Shown: piece after piece, positions 27,561 to 36,081 of the stretch
How positions within the stretch are numbered: position 1 is the stretch's first letter
How the letters are laid out: every line of letters begins with the position of its first letter
Virus record (IMG/VR): IMGVR_UViG_3300049172_000015
Location: 1 to 56,968 of that record
Length of the DNA stretch: 56,968 nt
Source: a virus
Taxonomy: Duplodnaviria > Caudoviricetes
Reading direction: 5' to 3' (one strand)
Translations under genes and position numbers: made by a program
Notes under the pieces: generated by a model
Told to the model about the DNA's origin: nothing
Seen by the model: the letters and a program-made list of their open reading frames with translations, nothing else
The model's database searches: none

Positions 27561-27755
27561 TCACTTGCTTCCCCCCTTCCTGCGATACCTCCGCAGCACA
27601 GTCCAGAACTCACACGGTGCGTTCGTGTCCTGGTCCTCGTACATGTACGCCGTGGCCGCTTCGATGTCGACCAACGTTTCAGGGTCACCTTCCATGCCCG
27701 ACAGGGCGGTAAGGATGTCCTCACGGATAGCCGACTTACTCCGACGCGCGTTCAT
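27561..27755 (-). CDS. Hypothetical protein
   Basis: Coupled ORF. Confidence 0.6.
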   Translation of the reverse strand: MNARRSKSAIREDILTALSGMEGDPETLVDIEAATAYMYEDQDTNAPCEFWTVLRRYRRKGGSK

Positions 27756-27934
27756 TCCTCTACCTCCACAAGAGTGTTGACAGGAAGGGAGTCCCTCGTA
27801 CCGTCCGTGAATGTCACGGGAACGTGATTGCGGAACCGGTGTGGCTTAGCTTCCTGCACTTCCTTGAATGTGCCGTCCGACTGCAAGAGCTTCATTCCGG
27901 GGCGGACGAGTTCCACCCTTACCGGCCGAGTCAT
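27752..27934 (-). CDS. Small beta-barrel-like hypothetical protein
   Basis: VRVELVRPGMKL..VTFTDGT. Confidence 0.65.
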   Translation of the reverse strand: MTRPVRVELVRPGMKLLQSDGTFKEVQEAKPHRFRNHVPVTFTDGTRDSLPVNTLVEVEE

Positions 27935-28014
27935 GTCTTCCCCTTACTCCGAAATCCAACGCTGTACGACGTAGACCAGACACCCGAGTACGGCCATGAG
28001 CTGTACCGAGTCCA

Positions 28015-28293
28015 TCAGACTGCACGCTTGACGAACTTGTACGGGCCACTGTCGCCCTGTCGGAGCATGAGTCGACCGTTCTTACTCCACCGGGCCTGGA
28101 GACCCTCGTAAAGGGCAGTGAAGGTCTCCGCGTACTCCTCGTACGCAATGGCGTGGTACTCCTGCCACTCATCCGATTCACTCACGTTGTCCGCGGTGTG
28201 GTGCTCCGAGCCGTGAGCCGGCTCAACGTGCATGCCAGTGATCCCGGACAGGAACACGAGAGTCATGACTGCGCCAACAATCCAAGCAAGCAT
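28015..28293 (-). CDS. Membrane-anchored hypothetical protein
   Basis: AAGGAGG RBS; N-terminal TM segment. Confidence 0.7.
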   Translation of the reverse strand: MLAWIVGAVMTLVFLSGITGMHVEPAHGSEHHTADNVSESDEWQEYHAIAYEEYAETFTALYEGLQARWSKNGRLMLRQGDSGPYKFVKRAV

Positions 28294-28358
28294 TGCATTT
28301 CCTCCTTAGGCGACGATAAGAGGGCGCCTGTACAAGACAGGCACCCGATACCGCTTAC

Positions 28359-28562
28359 CTAGATGTCTTCCCGCGGGTAGCTGTAGCGCCACGCGATAGA
28401 CTCTGTGGCTCCGTTCTGTCCGATCCTGTTGGCTCCTGCATTCCACACGATGCCTGCACAATCAGTGACGATCTGACGTCCTCTTGCCATCCTGGCTTCA
28501 TAGGAGTCAGGGGCCACAATGCGGTATTGCATCGTGGGATCATCCTTGTGCGTGATGAACAT
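28359..28562 (-). CDS. Hypothetical protein
   Basis: AAGGA RBS. Confidence 0.65.
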   Translation of the reverse strand: MFITHKDDPTMQYRIVAPDSYEARMARGRQIVTDCAGIVWNAGANRIGQNGATESIAWRYSYPREDI

Positions 28563-28681
28563 GGATCATTCCTTACTCGCGTTGGGTCTCGAATCAACCA
28601 TGAGCGCAGAGTACTGCGCACTCTGGCAGGCGGAAACAAGAGGGCACACGAGACGTTGCCCGTGTACCCGATGCTTCTTAC

Positions 28682-28942
28682 CTACTCGCCAGCGATGTTC
28701 TCATCTGCTGTGGTACCTCGAACGGGAATGTCACTCGTATCCATAGCGAGTAGGTCACGCTCCCACCAAGTAAGTCGGCTACGCTCCCACTCCTCATGCT
28801 CCTCAGCCGGCACCCCTTCACTGTCAAACCAGGAATAGGTGTGCGCTTCCCTTTTCTCCGTGGTCTGGTGTGTTCCACGGTGTCCTACTTCCAGAACACA
28901 CACATCTCGTCCGTACTTCCAACGGTTGCCGCACACTGCCAT
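28682..28942 (-). CDS. First gene of the leftward early operon (C/H-rich N-terminus)
   Basis: GAGGA RBS; C..C..GHRGTH. Confidence 0.65.
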   Translation of the reverse strand: MAVCGNRWKYGRDVCVLEVGHRGTHQTTEKREAHTYSWFDSEGVPAEEHEEWERSRLTWWERDLLAMDTSDIPVRGTTADENIAGE

Positions 28943-29245
28943 ACTTCCTCCTACGCAAGCGGGTCCAGTAGGGTACTGCTACAGGAGCAGTACCCGTAAG
29001 ACCTTACTTACCGTGCCGGCCTAGTGGACTAGGTCGCCGGCCACCCATACTGCAATGTGTGGTCTAGGTACAGCCGCGGAGGGTTTCACACCCCCATACC
29101 TTAGACGCTTAGCTATTACGCTTAGGCGGTTTCATTGGCACGCTGTTCAGTTGACTATGGAACGTAGGCTGCCTTGGCTCAGCACCCCAACTGGAGTGCC
29201 TCCCTTCCGGGCCTTGTCTTCTGGGCTTCCCCTTCCGACACGAGA

Positions 29246-29275
29246 AGCATGACACATCCTGGGTCTCGAATCAAC
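29246..29275 (-). promoter_or_regulatory. Early leftward promoter (Pleft-like) overlapped by an operator
   Basis: TTGATT-N17-CATGCT, with the -35 inside a stoperator. Confidence 0.7.
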
Positions 29276-29872
29276 CTAGAGCGCAGACTTCTTTCATTCA
29301 CGCACGGGGGCGTGGTGGAGGGGCCGGCCCTACAGGGGCCTGCCTTCATAGAGGAACGCGCACGCGCGATACCTCATGCTTGCCTACCCTGTCAAGGGCG
29401 TGCACTGTGTTCCCTGCGCTACCTACTCAGGTGGCCTACTTGAGTGCTCATGAGGGGCGCCTAGCTTGCTCCTGCCTGCTCACAGAGGGCCGGCACTGGG
29501 ACTTGCCCACACCCTCTCGCATTCGAATAGGCATGAATGAATGGGGGCATTCCCATCTGGCCTAACGTGAATGCCGGCATGCTATTGCCTGACACTCGCT
29601 CGCGTTTATTCATTCATACACACACGCACACACATACATGGGGTAATGCATTAGAAACTCCCACGAGGACCCGCCGGGGGCGCCTTCCTTCGATCCCGTA
29701 CGGGTTACGAATGATTGAGAGGCTCTCTGACGCCCTAACTCGACCCCCCGCCTCCAACTCCCCCCAGAGCCTCTAAACGGCCCTCAGAGGGGTCCTCAGG
29801 CCCTTTTTTGGGGTTCTAGATGCCCAATCCTCTCGTTGGGGATGTGGATGAATGAAAGAAGGGGCCTCAACT

Positions 29873-29950
29873 GTGTGATCTGGGCCTCAGTTTTCCTTGA
29901 TTCTGTCCCAAAAGGTCTCGACTGACACCGACATCTATATTGTAGGGAGG
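29873..29950 (+). promoter_or_regulatory. Conserved ~78-bp element, copy A (CRP-like box ... TATATT)
   Basis: Imperfect direct repeat of 55983-56060 with identical spacing. Confidence 0.7.
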
Positions 29951-30117
29951 GTTAATACCCTCCCCTTAGTGATCTTGTGAGGTGTTGGGAGCCACCCCCT
30001 GAAGGGTGGCGACCAGGACCCCCGTCTAGTGCCGAAGAATGAATGAAAGAAGAGAGGCCGGCACCCCAAGAGGCCGGCCATGTTGGCGAAAGAATGAAAT
30101 ATCTGAGCCCAGGAACA

Positions 30118-30152
30118 CTAAAACCCCCTGCCCGAAAGGGCAGGGGGTTTAG
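30118..30152. terminator. Bidirectional terminator-like hairpin
   Basis: AAACCCCCTGCCC-GAAA-GGGCAGGGGGTTT. Confidence 0.85.
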
Positions 30153-30168
30153 CTTGTTTCAATGACGC

Positions 30169-30327
30169 TTATCGCGCCCCGGCACCGTTCAATTTCCTAC
30201 CGTTGGTCCAGGCATACGCGGTGTCTCGGTTGAACTCCTTACCGCACGCGTCCCTCATGCACTTCCAGACCTTCGTTCCCAGGCCCGTAGAGGTCACGTT
30301 CGTGCTGCCACACTTCGGACACTCCAT
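30169..30327 (-). CDS. Zinc-ribbon micro-protein
   Basis: MECPKCGS...WKCMRDACGKEF; GGAGG RBS. Confidence 0.7.
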   Translation of the reverse strand: MECPKCGSTNVTSTGLGTKVWKCMRDACGKEFNRDTAYAWTNGRKLNGAGAR

Positions 30328-30396
30328 GTTCCACCTCCCTTGCCGATCAGCATGACCCACAGCCCCCGCCTGTGCGGAGTCCTTCAGACAGATTCA

Positions 30397-30540
30397 CTAC
30401 ATGGTGTAGCCGCACTTACCGCACACGTATACGTCCCCGCTCTTCGTCATCGTCCCGCCGCACTGACCGTTGGGGCAGGTCATGCCGAGGGGCTTGATGA
30501 GCCCGGGAAGGGACAGGAAGAGCTGCTTGACCTTGCTCAT
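30397..30540 (-). CDS. Zinc-ribbon micro-protein
   Basis: CPNGQCGG...YVCGKCG. Confidence 0.65.
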   Translation of the reverse strand: MSKVKQLFLSLPGLIKPLGMTCPNGQCGGTMTKSGDVYVCGKCGYTM

Positions 30541-30806
30541 GTGGAACCAACTCCAGTCATGGATTGACGTGGTTGCCGATAGATGGGCCCCACCCACCTC
30601 CACGGGGGAAGAAGTGGGTGGGACCCCATGCCGCCCGACCTCCCTGCGGATTGGGAGGGTCATCCTCGGACGGCCCCTCGCCCCTGGGTTGCGACCAGCC
30701 AGGGACGAGAAGTTCAGGACACAGCAGGAGTGTGGGGAGCGGCCTACCTCAGCGGTCTCAACCCACAACTCCCGCCGTGCCCACCGCGAGCCGGCTGCAC
30801 GGGCAG

Positions 30807-31031
30807 CTAGTCCGCGGGCTCAGGGGGAGAGTCCTCCCAGAACACTTCGCCCTTCTCGCCCCCATCGAGGACGAGGAGGCCCCAGTGCCGCTCCTCCGGA
30901 TCGTGGGGTTCCTTGATGCAGGTGACAGTCGCCTCAGACCAGTCAAGGCCAAGGATCTTTTGTTCGATGTCGATGAAGTCAGGATTGAGCTTGCCTACAG
31001 CACCGCAGATGTCTTGCTCCTCGGCACTCAT
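30807..31031 (-). CDS. Hypothetical protein
   Basis: C..C...H...HW pattern; coupled ORF. Confidence 0.6.
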   Translation of the reverse strand: MSAEEQDICGAVGKLNPDFIDIEQKILGLDWSEATVTCIKEPHDPEERHWGLLVLDGGEKGEVFWEDSPPEPAD

Positions 31032-31267
31032 GAGGACGGGTGCTCCGCGGCCTGCTCTGCGGGGACACTGAAGTTCATGAATCGTTCGATCCTGAACCGG
31101 TCATGCCACGGCTTCAGACTGTTGTGCCTCTGAGCCCATTCCAGGGGATCCGTGTCTTCTTCCAGCTTCGGACCCTCCGTGCACTGCATGCAGACCAAGT
31201 AGTCCCTCGAAGGGATGGTCTTCAGTTGCAGGCTGCTGGAGACCTCCGGGTACGCCCTGTCCCTCAC
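31028..31267 (-). CDS. Small CxxC/His protein of the type found beside Streptomyces XRE-DUF397 loci
   Basis: CMQC...WAQRH....HDRFR. Confidence 0.65.
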   Translation of the reverse strand: MRDRAYPEVSSSLQLKTIPSRDYLVCMQCTEGPKLEEDTDPLEWAQRHNSLKPWHDRFRIERFMNFSVPAEQAAEHPSS

Positions 31268-31524
31268 TTCAGTCCCCTGGACCGGTCGTTCTTCAGACGG
31301 ACGGCTGCTTGCATGCGCTCGGCGTCCGTTGCCCTACGGGTGTACTCAGGAGACGTCTCCCACTCACGACCACCCCCGATGGGACGGAGCAAGTACCGTC
31401 CTCGAAGCTCTACCTGAAACACACCTACTGCGTTCCTTGCGGTGTCGACCAGGACAGTTCCAGTGGCCGGCAGGTCTTCCTCTTCAGGGCGCAACATGAC
31501 GCCTCCTACACGCTGTGTGATCAC
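31264..31524 (-). CDS. Small protein of the type found divergent from Streptomyces XRE-DUF397 loci
   Basis: VDTARNAVG...LRPIGGGREWE. Confidence 0.7.
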   Translation of the reverse strand: MITQRVGGVMLRPEEEDLPATGTVLVDTARNAVGVFQVELRGRYLLRPIGGGREWETSPEYTRRATDAERMQAAVRLKNDRSRGLK

Positions 31525-31703
31525 TCACCGTGGGCGGGTTGGTACTGCCAGTGTGACCAACACAGCACCCAGACTGCAAGTCGTTCGAGCAAGTCTGCAA
31601 AATTGCAGTCACCCCGGAGCCCTCCTCGGTCGACTGTGGAAAGCTGTAGCCAGGCCTTGGACCAGGCCTGAAGATGTCGGCATGACCAGCGAGAGGGGGA
31701 GCC

Positions 31704-32564
31704 ATGGGAGCTGTTGGGGAACCCACCGTGCGTAAGCGCCAGGTTGGTTCGCAGCTCGAACGGCTTCGCCGGGACAAGGGGCTGAAGCTCGAAGACGTCA
31801 CCGCGCGCACGGGCTTCACTGGATCCAAGGTCAACCGGATCGAGCATGGCCGGCTGGGCATCAAGTCAGACGACTTGGACAAGCTCCTAGACCTCTACGA
31901 GGTGGAGGATGCAGACCTCCGTGCCGTCCTCCACTCCATTGCACGCCACAGCAGCAAGCGCGGCTGGTGGCAGAACTATCGAGACATGATCAACCCTGCC
32001 TACGCAGACTTGATCAGCCTGGAGGATGGGGCGAAGTCAATGCGGTCCTACGAGGTGTCCCTCATTCCGGGCCTCCTCCAGACGGCTGCTTACGCCCGAG
32101 CGACCATCGAGGCCATTCGCATGGACTCGCACCCTGCGGAGGTGAGCGCCCTCGTTGAGGTCAGGCAAGCTCGTCAGTCCGTACTGTCCAAGCCCGAACC
32201 TCTTGAGCTGTGGGCAGTGATCCACGAAGCAGCCCTCAGGCCGCGGATCAAGGGCAACCCTCGTGTAATGAAGGAGCAGCTTCAAAAGCTGCTCGATGTC
32301 AGCAGTCTTCCGAATGCCTCAGTGCAGGTACTTCCGCTCAGTGCTCCTCCGCACGTGGGCATGAGTGGCTCGTTCACCGTGCTCGGGTTCCCGGAGACAT
32401 CCGCCTTGGACGTTGTCCTAGTCGAGAGCCTGACTAGCTCCCTGTACGTCGAGGACACTACGGAAGTTCAGCGGTACGGCAGCGCCTTTGAGCGCCTCAG
32501 GGCCGAGGCTCTGCCACTCGCTGAATCGGCCTACCTCATTGAGCAACTTAAGGAACAACAATGA
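31704..32564 (+). CDS. XRE-family HTH regulator with DUF5753 domain (WhiJ-like)
   Basis: PTVRKRQVGSQLERLR HTH, GWW, IPGLLQTAAYARA, WAVIHEAAL, GSFTVL. Confidence 0.92.
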   Translation: MGAVGEPTVRKRQVGSQLERLRRDKGLKLEDVTARTGFTGSKVNRIEHGRLGIKSDDLDKLLDLYEVEDADLRAVLHSIARHSSKRGWWQNYRDMINPAYADLISLEDGAKSMRSYEVSLIPGLLQTAAYARATIEAIRMDSHPAEVSALVEVRQARQSVLSKPEPLELWAVIHEAALRPRIKGNPRVMKEQLQKLLDVSSLPNASVQVLPLSAPPHVGMSGSFTVLGFPETSALDVVLVESLTSSLYVEDTTEVQRYGSAFERLRAEALPLAESAYLIEQLKEQQ

Positions 32565-32776
32565 CCAGGATCCTCAACGCCTCGCTGACTGACCTCACCT
32601 GGACGAGGTCCACGTACAGCGGTGGTGACAACAACTGTGTAGAGGTCGCCCACGGCCTTCCTGCGGTGCTCCCTGTCCGGGACTCGAAGGTGCCTGCCGG
32701 CCCCGCGGTCGTCTTCAAGGACACCGCTTGGGGTAGCTTCGTCGAAGCCGTGAAGAGCGGTGACATCTCCCTGTAG
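32561..32776 (+). CDS. DUF397 protein
   Basis: WTRSTYSGG.NNCVEVA..VRDSK.P.GP...F...W..F. Confidence 0.93.
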   Translation: MTRILNASLTDLTWTRSTYSGGDNNCVEVAHGLPAVLPVRDSKVPAGPAVVFKDTAWGSFVEAVKSGDISL

Positions 32777-32817
32777 GATCAGTGCCCTACGGTCCAGGCC
32801 CGCCGCTTGAGGTCGTA

Positions 32818-32863
32818 GAAGAATCCCCTTGACTCCCCGTTGAGTCAGGGGGATTCTTCGTTT
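32818..32863 (+). terminator. Terminator after DUF397
   Basis: GAAGAATCCCCTTGACTC-N6-GAGTCAGGGGGATTCTTC-GTTT. Confidence 0.85.
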
Positions 32864-33074
32864 CTCGGACAGGGGGCGCAGGTTTAGGTAGAGTCTGTGC
32901 CGTGAGCGGGGTCCATCCGCCTGCCAAGCACCTCAAGGGCCCCGCTGTGGATTACCGACTGGCCTTGGTCATGTCGGAAGCCCCTCTGGTCTGCTATGCC
33001 AGAGGGGCTTCTTCGTGTCCAGGACAGCAGAAGGCCCCCACCGAAGCGGGGGCCGTGTTCCCATCTACCGGCCC

Positions 33075-33407
33075 TTAGAGACCAAGCTTGTGCTTGCAGG
33101 CAGGGCACATGGTCTTGGGGTACTCCAGTACCGCCCCGCAACCCTCTTGACACTCAACCCTCTGTGGCTCTGGCATTACCCTTCCCCCCTTCTCCGAGGT
33201 CTTCACCCGGAACGATACGCGCATGTCCGGGACGACACCACGGTCCTCATGACCGCCCTGCCACGCGTACTTCAGGATGTTGGCTGCGATCTCCAGAGCC
33301 CACCTGGTGGCGGTGGACTGATCCCCCTTGGCCTCCATGATGATCTTCAGGTGTCGGTCTGACTCATCGGTCCTCATCACGGACAGGTTCTTCACGACCC
33401 TCGTCAT
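33075..33407 (-). CDS. Ribbon-helix-helix-like protein with an in-frame C-terminal zinc ribbon
   Basis: KNLSVMRTDESDRHLKII..QSTATRWAL; CQEGC..CPAC. Confidence 0.6.
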   Translation of the reverse strand: MTRVVKNLSVMRTDESDRHLKIIMEAKGDQSTATRWALEIAANILKYAWQGGHEDRGVVPDMRVSFRVKTSEKGGRVMPEPQRVECQEGCGAVLEYPKTMCPACKHKLGL

Positions 33408-33529
33408 GCTGCGTCCTCCTCCTGGGACTCGTCTTCTGCGATGCTGTCGATCAGCTCCCGAAGGCGGTCAGGAGAGATGAGAGGTGCTCGTTGCGTCCAG
33501 TGATCAATCCAGTCGCTTGCCGTCATCAT
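33404..33529 (-). CDS. Micro-protein (MMTASDWIDHWTQRAPLISPDRLRELI...), candidate recombination directionality factor
   Basis: Manual translation; ATGA coupling to the next gene; divergent from the integrase. Confidence 0.5.
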   Translation of the reverse strand: MMTASDWIDHWTQRAPLISPDRLRELIDSIAEDESQEEDAA

Positions 33530-33559
33530 GCCTGGTCAGCCTCCTGCCACCTATACGGA

Positions 33560-33597
33560 GTTCTTGGAACCCCCGCACATGCAAGAGTTCCAAGAAC
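33560..33597. promoter_or_regulatory. 11-bp inverted repeat upstream of the integrase (attP or operator candidate)
   Basis: GTTCTTGGAAC-N16-GTTCCAAGAAC. Confidence 0.55.
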
Positions 33598-33658
33598 ACT
33601 GTACTCCCCGCTACACTGATCTGACCACCGCGTCACCAGTGTCAGGGGGGTTTTCATC

Positions 33659-35155
33659 GTGCCCATTGCAGGATACCTCCGCATCTCGGATGCCGACCTA
33701 GCCGAGATCCGACGGGCTGTCAGGAACGGAGACATCACCAAGGAGGAGGGACTTGAGAGGGAACGCAAGGGTGTCCTGAAGCAGAAGGACGACGTGATCA
33801 GCCTTGCAGCTCGACACGGCTACTCCCCCGACGAGATCGTTTGGTACGAGGACAACAACCTCTCCGCCTTCAGCCGGACAGTGAAGCGCAAGGACTTCGA
33901 GCGCCTGCTGAAGGATCTTCCCAAGCCTGGGGTCCTGGACGGCATCCTCTACTACGACATCGACCGCTACACCCGGCAGCCTCGGGACCTTGAGCGGACC
34001 ATTGACGTCTACGAAGAAGCCATGGAAAAGAACCGAAGGCTGATCTTCGATGGTCTGTCTGGTCAGAACTTCGACCTCACAACTCCTGATGGTCGCTTCT
34101 CCGCCCGCTTGTTCGTGTCCATCGCCAACAAGTCCTCCGAGGACACCAAGCGCAGGATCAAGCGCGAGACCAAGCGCATGGCTGAGAAGGGCGAGTTCCA
34201 CGGGGGGACGCCGGCCTTCGGCTGGGACCCGAAGGACCGTCTGAAGCTGGACCCTGTGGCCGCGGACATGATCCGACGGGGCACGAAGTGGTTCATCCAA
34301 GGTGACCGCATCCCCACCATCCTGGACAGGTTCGCTGAAGAGAACCTGATCAACCCGAGCACTGGCAAGCCGTTCTCCAGGGAGCACTTCCGCCGCATCC
34401 TCATGCGGTGTCGCAACGCCGGCATCCTGCGCTTCCAGGGTGAGCCGATGAAGGACAAGAACGGCGACTACGTCATGGGGGACTGGCCGGCCATCGTCTC
34501 GGTTGACGAATGGGAAGCTCTCATGGCGAAGATCCAGAGCCGTCAGAAGAAGACGAAGCCCGACATCACCACCAAGTACTTGCTGTCTGGCATCGCTCGG
34601 TGTGGCCGGTGTGGGTCCCGGATGCACGGTGCTCCGGTGTGGCAGAAGGGCGTCAAGACAGACACCTACGCCTACGCCTGCCAGAAGCGCAAGGCAGACG
34701 AGTGCGGACGCATGAACATCACTGGGCCTCCAGTGGACAAGATGGTTCGTCAGCTCGTCTGGGCCGTGGTCGAGCGGTCCATGTCCGGCCTGGAGGTCCA
34801 GAAGGAGCAGGCCTGGCCTCGCCAGGCTGAGCTTGACGACGTCATGCAACAGCTCAAGGAGCTTCAAGCGCAGTGGGATAGGCGAGAGATCCGAGCCAGC
34901 ATCTATGTTGCGGCCAAGGAGGATCTGGAGTCCGACCGAGACAACCTGAAGGCAGACCGAGCCTTGCACATCGCACAGGCTCAGTCCCCCGTCCAAGAGG
35001 ACGTCATTCGGAAGGGCTGGCAAGGTCTGTCCCTGGAACGTCAGCGTGACGTTGTGCGGTCAGTGCTCACGGCAGTGATGATCCACCCTGCCAAGAGCCG
35101 CGGAGCTAACTTCGATGCTGCTCGGGTTGAACCCGTCTTCACCGAATCTGCCTAA
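33659..35155 (+). CDS. int: Large serine integrase
   Basis: YLRIS catalytic Ser, EDNNLSA, DRYTR, FGW, LLSGIARCGRCG zinc ribbon, coiled coil. Confidence 0.95.
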   Translation: MPIAGYLRISDADLAEIRRAVRNGDITKEEGLERERKGVLKQKDDVISLAARHGYSPDEIVWYEDNNLSAFSRTVKRKDFERLLKDLPKPGVLDGILYYDIDRYTRQPRDLERTIDVYEEAMEKNRRLIFDGLSGQNFDLTTPDGRFSARLFVSIANKSSEDTKRRIKRETKRMAEKGEFHGGTPAFGWDPKDRLKLDPVAADMIRRGTKWFIQGDRIPTILDRFAEENLINPSTGKPFSREHFRRILMRCRNAGILRFQGEPMKDKNGDYVMGDWPAIVSVDEWEALMAKIQSRQKKTKPDITTKYLLSGIARCGRCGSRMHGAPVWQKGVKTDTYAYACQKRKADECGRMNITGPPVDKMVRQLVWAVVERSMSGLEVQKEQAWPRQAELDDVMQQLKELQAQWDRREIRASIYVAAKEDLESDRDNLKADRALHIAQAQSPVQEDVIRKGWQGLSLERQRDVVRSVLTAVMIHPAKSRGANFDAARVEPVFTESA

Positions 35156-35161
35156 GACAGC

Positions 35162-35195
35162 AAAAAGGTGCCCCCGGCCATTGGCCGGGGGCACT
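35162..35195. terminator. Terminator between int and the leftward arm
   Basis: AAAAA-GGTGCCCCCGGCC-ATT-GGCCGGGGGCACT. Confidence 0.8.
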
Positions 35196-35303
35196 GTGAT
35201 GTTCAGCCTCGTTCGAGGTCGTACAGGTCCAAGATCTTGTCTACGGTCTCTTCAGCAAGCACAGGCGCCTTAGCCAACCAATCTTCAAGCCACTCCTCTT
35301 GGC

Positions 35304-35531
35304 TCACTCGTCGTCCTCTTCCCAGGGGTTACCGAAGGACAGGTCACCGCGGTAATCGCCAATCATGTAATGGAGATTGAAGACCTCCACGGCCCTTACG
35401 TCAGGGTCTCCCCGTAGAGCCTGAACAGCGTTCTCAGCCTCATCCATGTTAAAAGTCTCCGGGTCTTCCGGATCCTCATGACTCTTGCGGTAGACGTTGA
35501 CTCGGTAAGAACCCCCATCAAAGACGCCCAT
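35304..35531 (-). CDS. Hypothetical protein
   Basis: Coupled leftward gene. Confidence 0.65.
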   Translation of the reverse strand: MGVFDGGSYRVNVYRKSHEDPEDPETFNMDEAENAVQALRGDPDVRAVEVFNLHYMIGDYRGDLSFGNPWEEDDE

Positions 35532-35896
35532 CAGTCCTTCACCTTCTCCGAGCCGTTCTCGTACGGAGGACGGACAGCAGCACAGGCCGGCCCGAAGTCA
35601 CCCTCATCGATGAGGCCGGAACCACCCTTCTCCTCAAGAAGCTCAACCCGCTTCTCTGCGTCCTCCCTCTCGATGTACGGTCCCCAGATCTTCCCCTTGG
35701 GATAGCCGAAGGCGGCAACGGTCTGGACAACACGGAAGTTCTTCACGTCAGTAACCACAGTCAGAGGACCCCACCATCGTTCGAGATCAGCAAAGTTGTG
35801 TTCCTCTTGGTAAGACCCGTCATCAAAATCCAGTCGGTAAGAGCCGTCTTCCTGCTCTTCCCAGACATCCCCATCGGTGTCCTCGTACTTCTGCAT
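35531..35896 (-). CDS. Hypothetical protein
   Basis: YEDTDGDVW...WGPLT motif shared with the next gene. Confidence 0.7.
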   Translation of the reverse strand: MQKYEDTDGDVWEEQEDGSYRLDFDDGSYQEEHNFADLERWWGPLTVVTDVKNFRVVQTVAAFGYPKGKIWGPYIEREDAEKRVELLEEKGGSGLIDEGDFGPACAAVRPPYENGSEKVKD

Positions 35897-36081
35897 CAGG
35901 CTTCCTCCCACCCCGTGGGCTTTACCTTGATCAGAGGACCAAAGGAGTCAGAGACCTCGTGCCAGGCCAGCGGGATACCAAGTGATGAGTCGTCAGGGTC
36001 ATCCGGATCAAAAAGACAGGACATGGACCCATTGCGCCCGTCCTGCCAGATAGCCCCGTCAACGTCTCGGTAGAACGCCAT
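35896..36081 (-). CDS. Hypothetical protein (paralogous motif)
   Basis: YRDVDGAIW...FGPLI. Confidence 0.7.
   Translation of the reverse strand: MAFYRDVDGAIWQDGRNGSMSCLFDPDDPDDSSLGIPLAWHEVSDSFGPLIKVKPTGWEEA

Noticed and set aside
29914-29926. Additional stoperator (GGTCTCGACTGAC)
   Set aside because: Only the 5' half matches; not counted.
33698-35023. Long antisense ORFs (also 14739-15776, 18981-19988, 43318-44394, 11058-11933)
   Set aside because: Shadow frames of GC3-rich genes on the opposite strand; no motifs or RBS.
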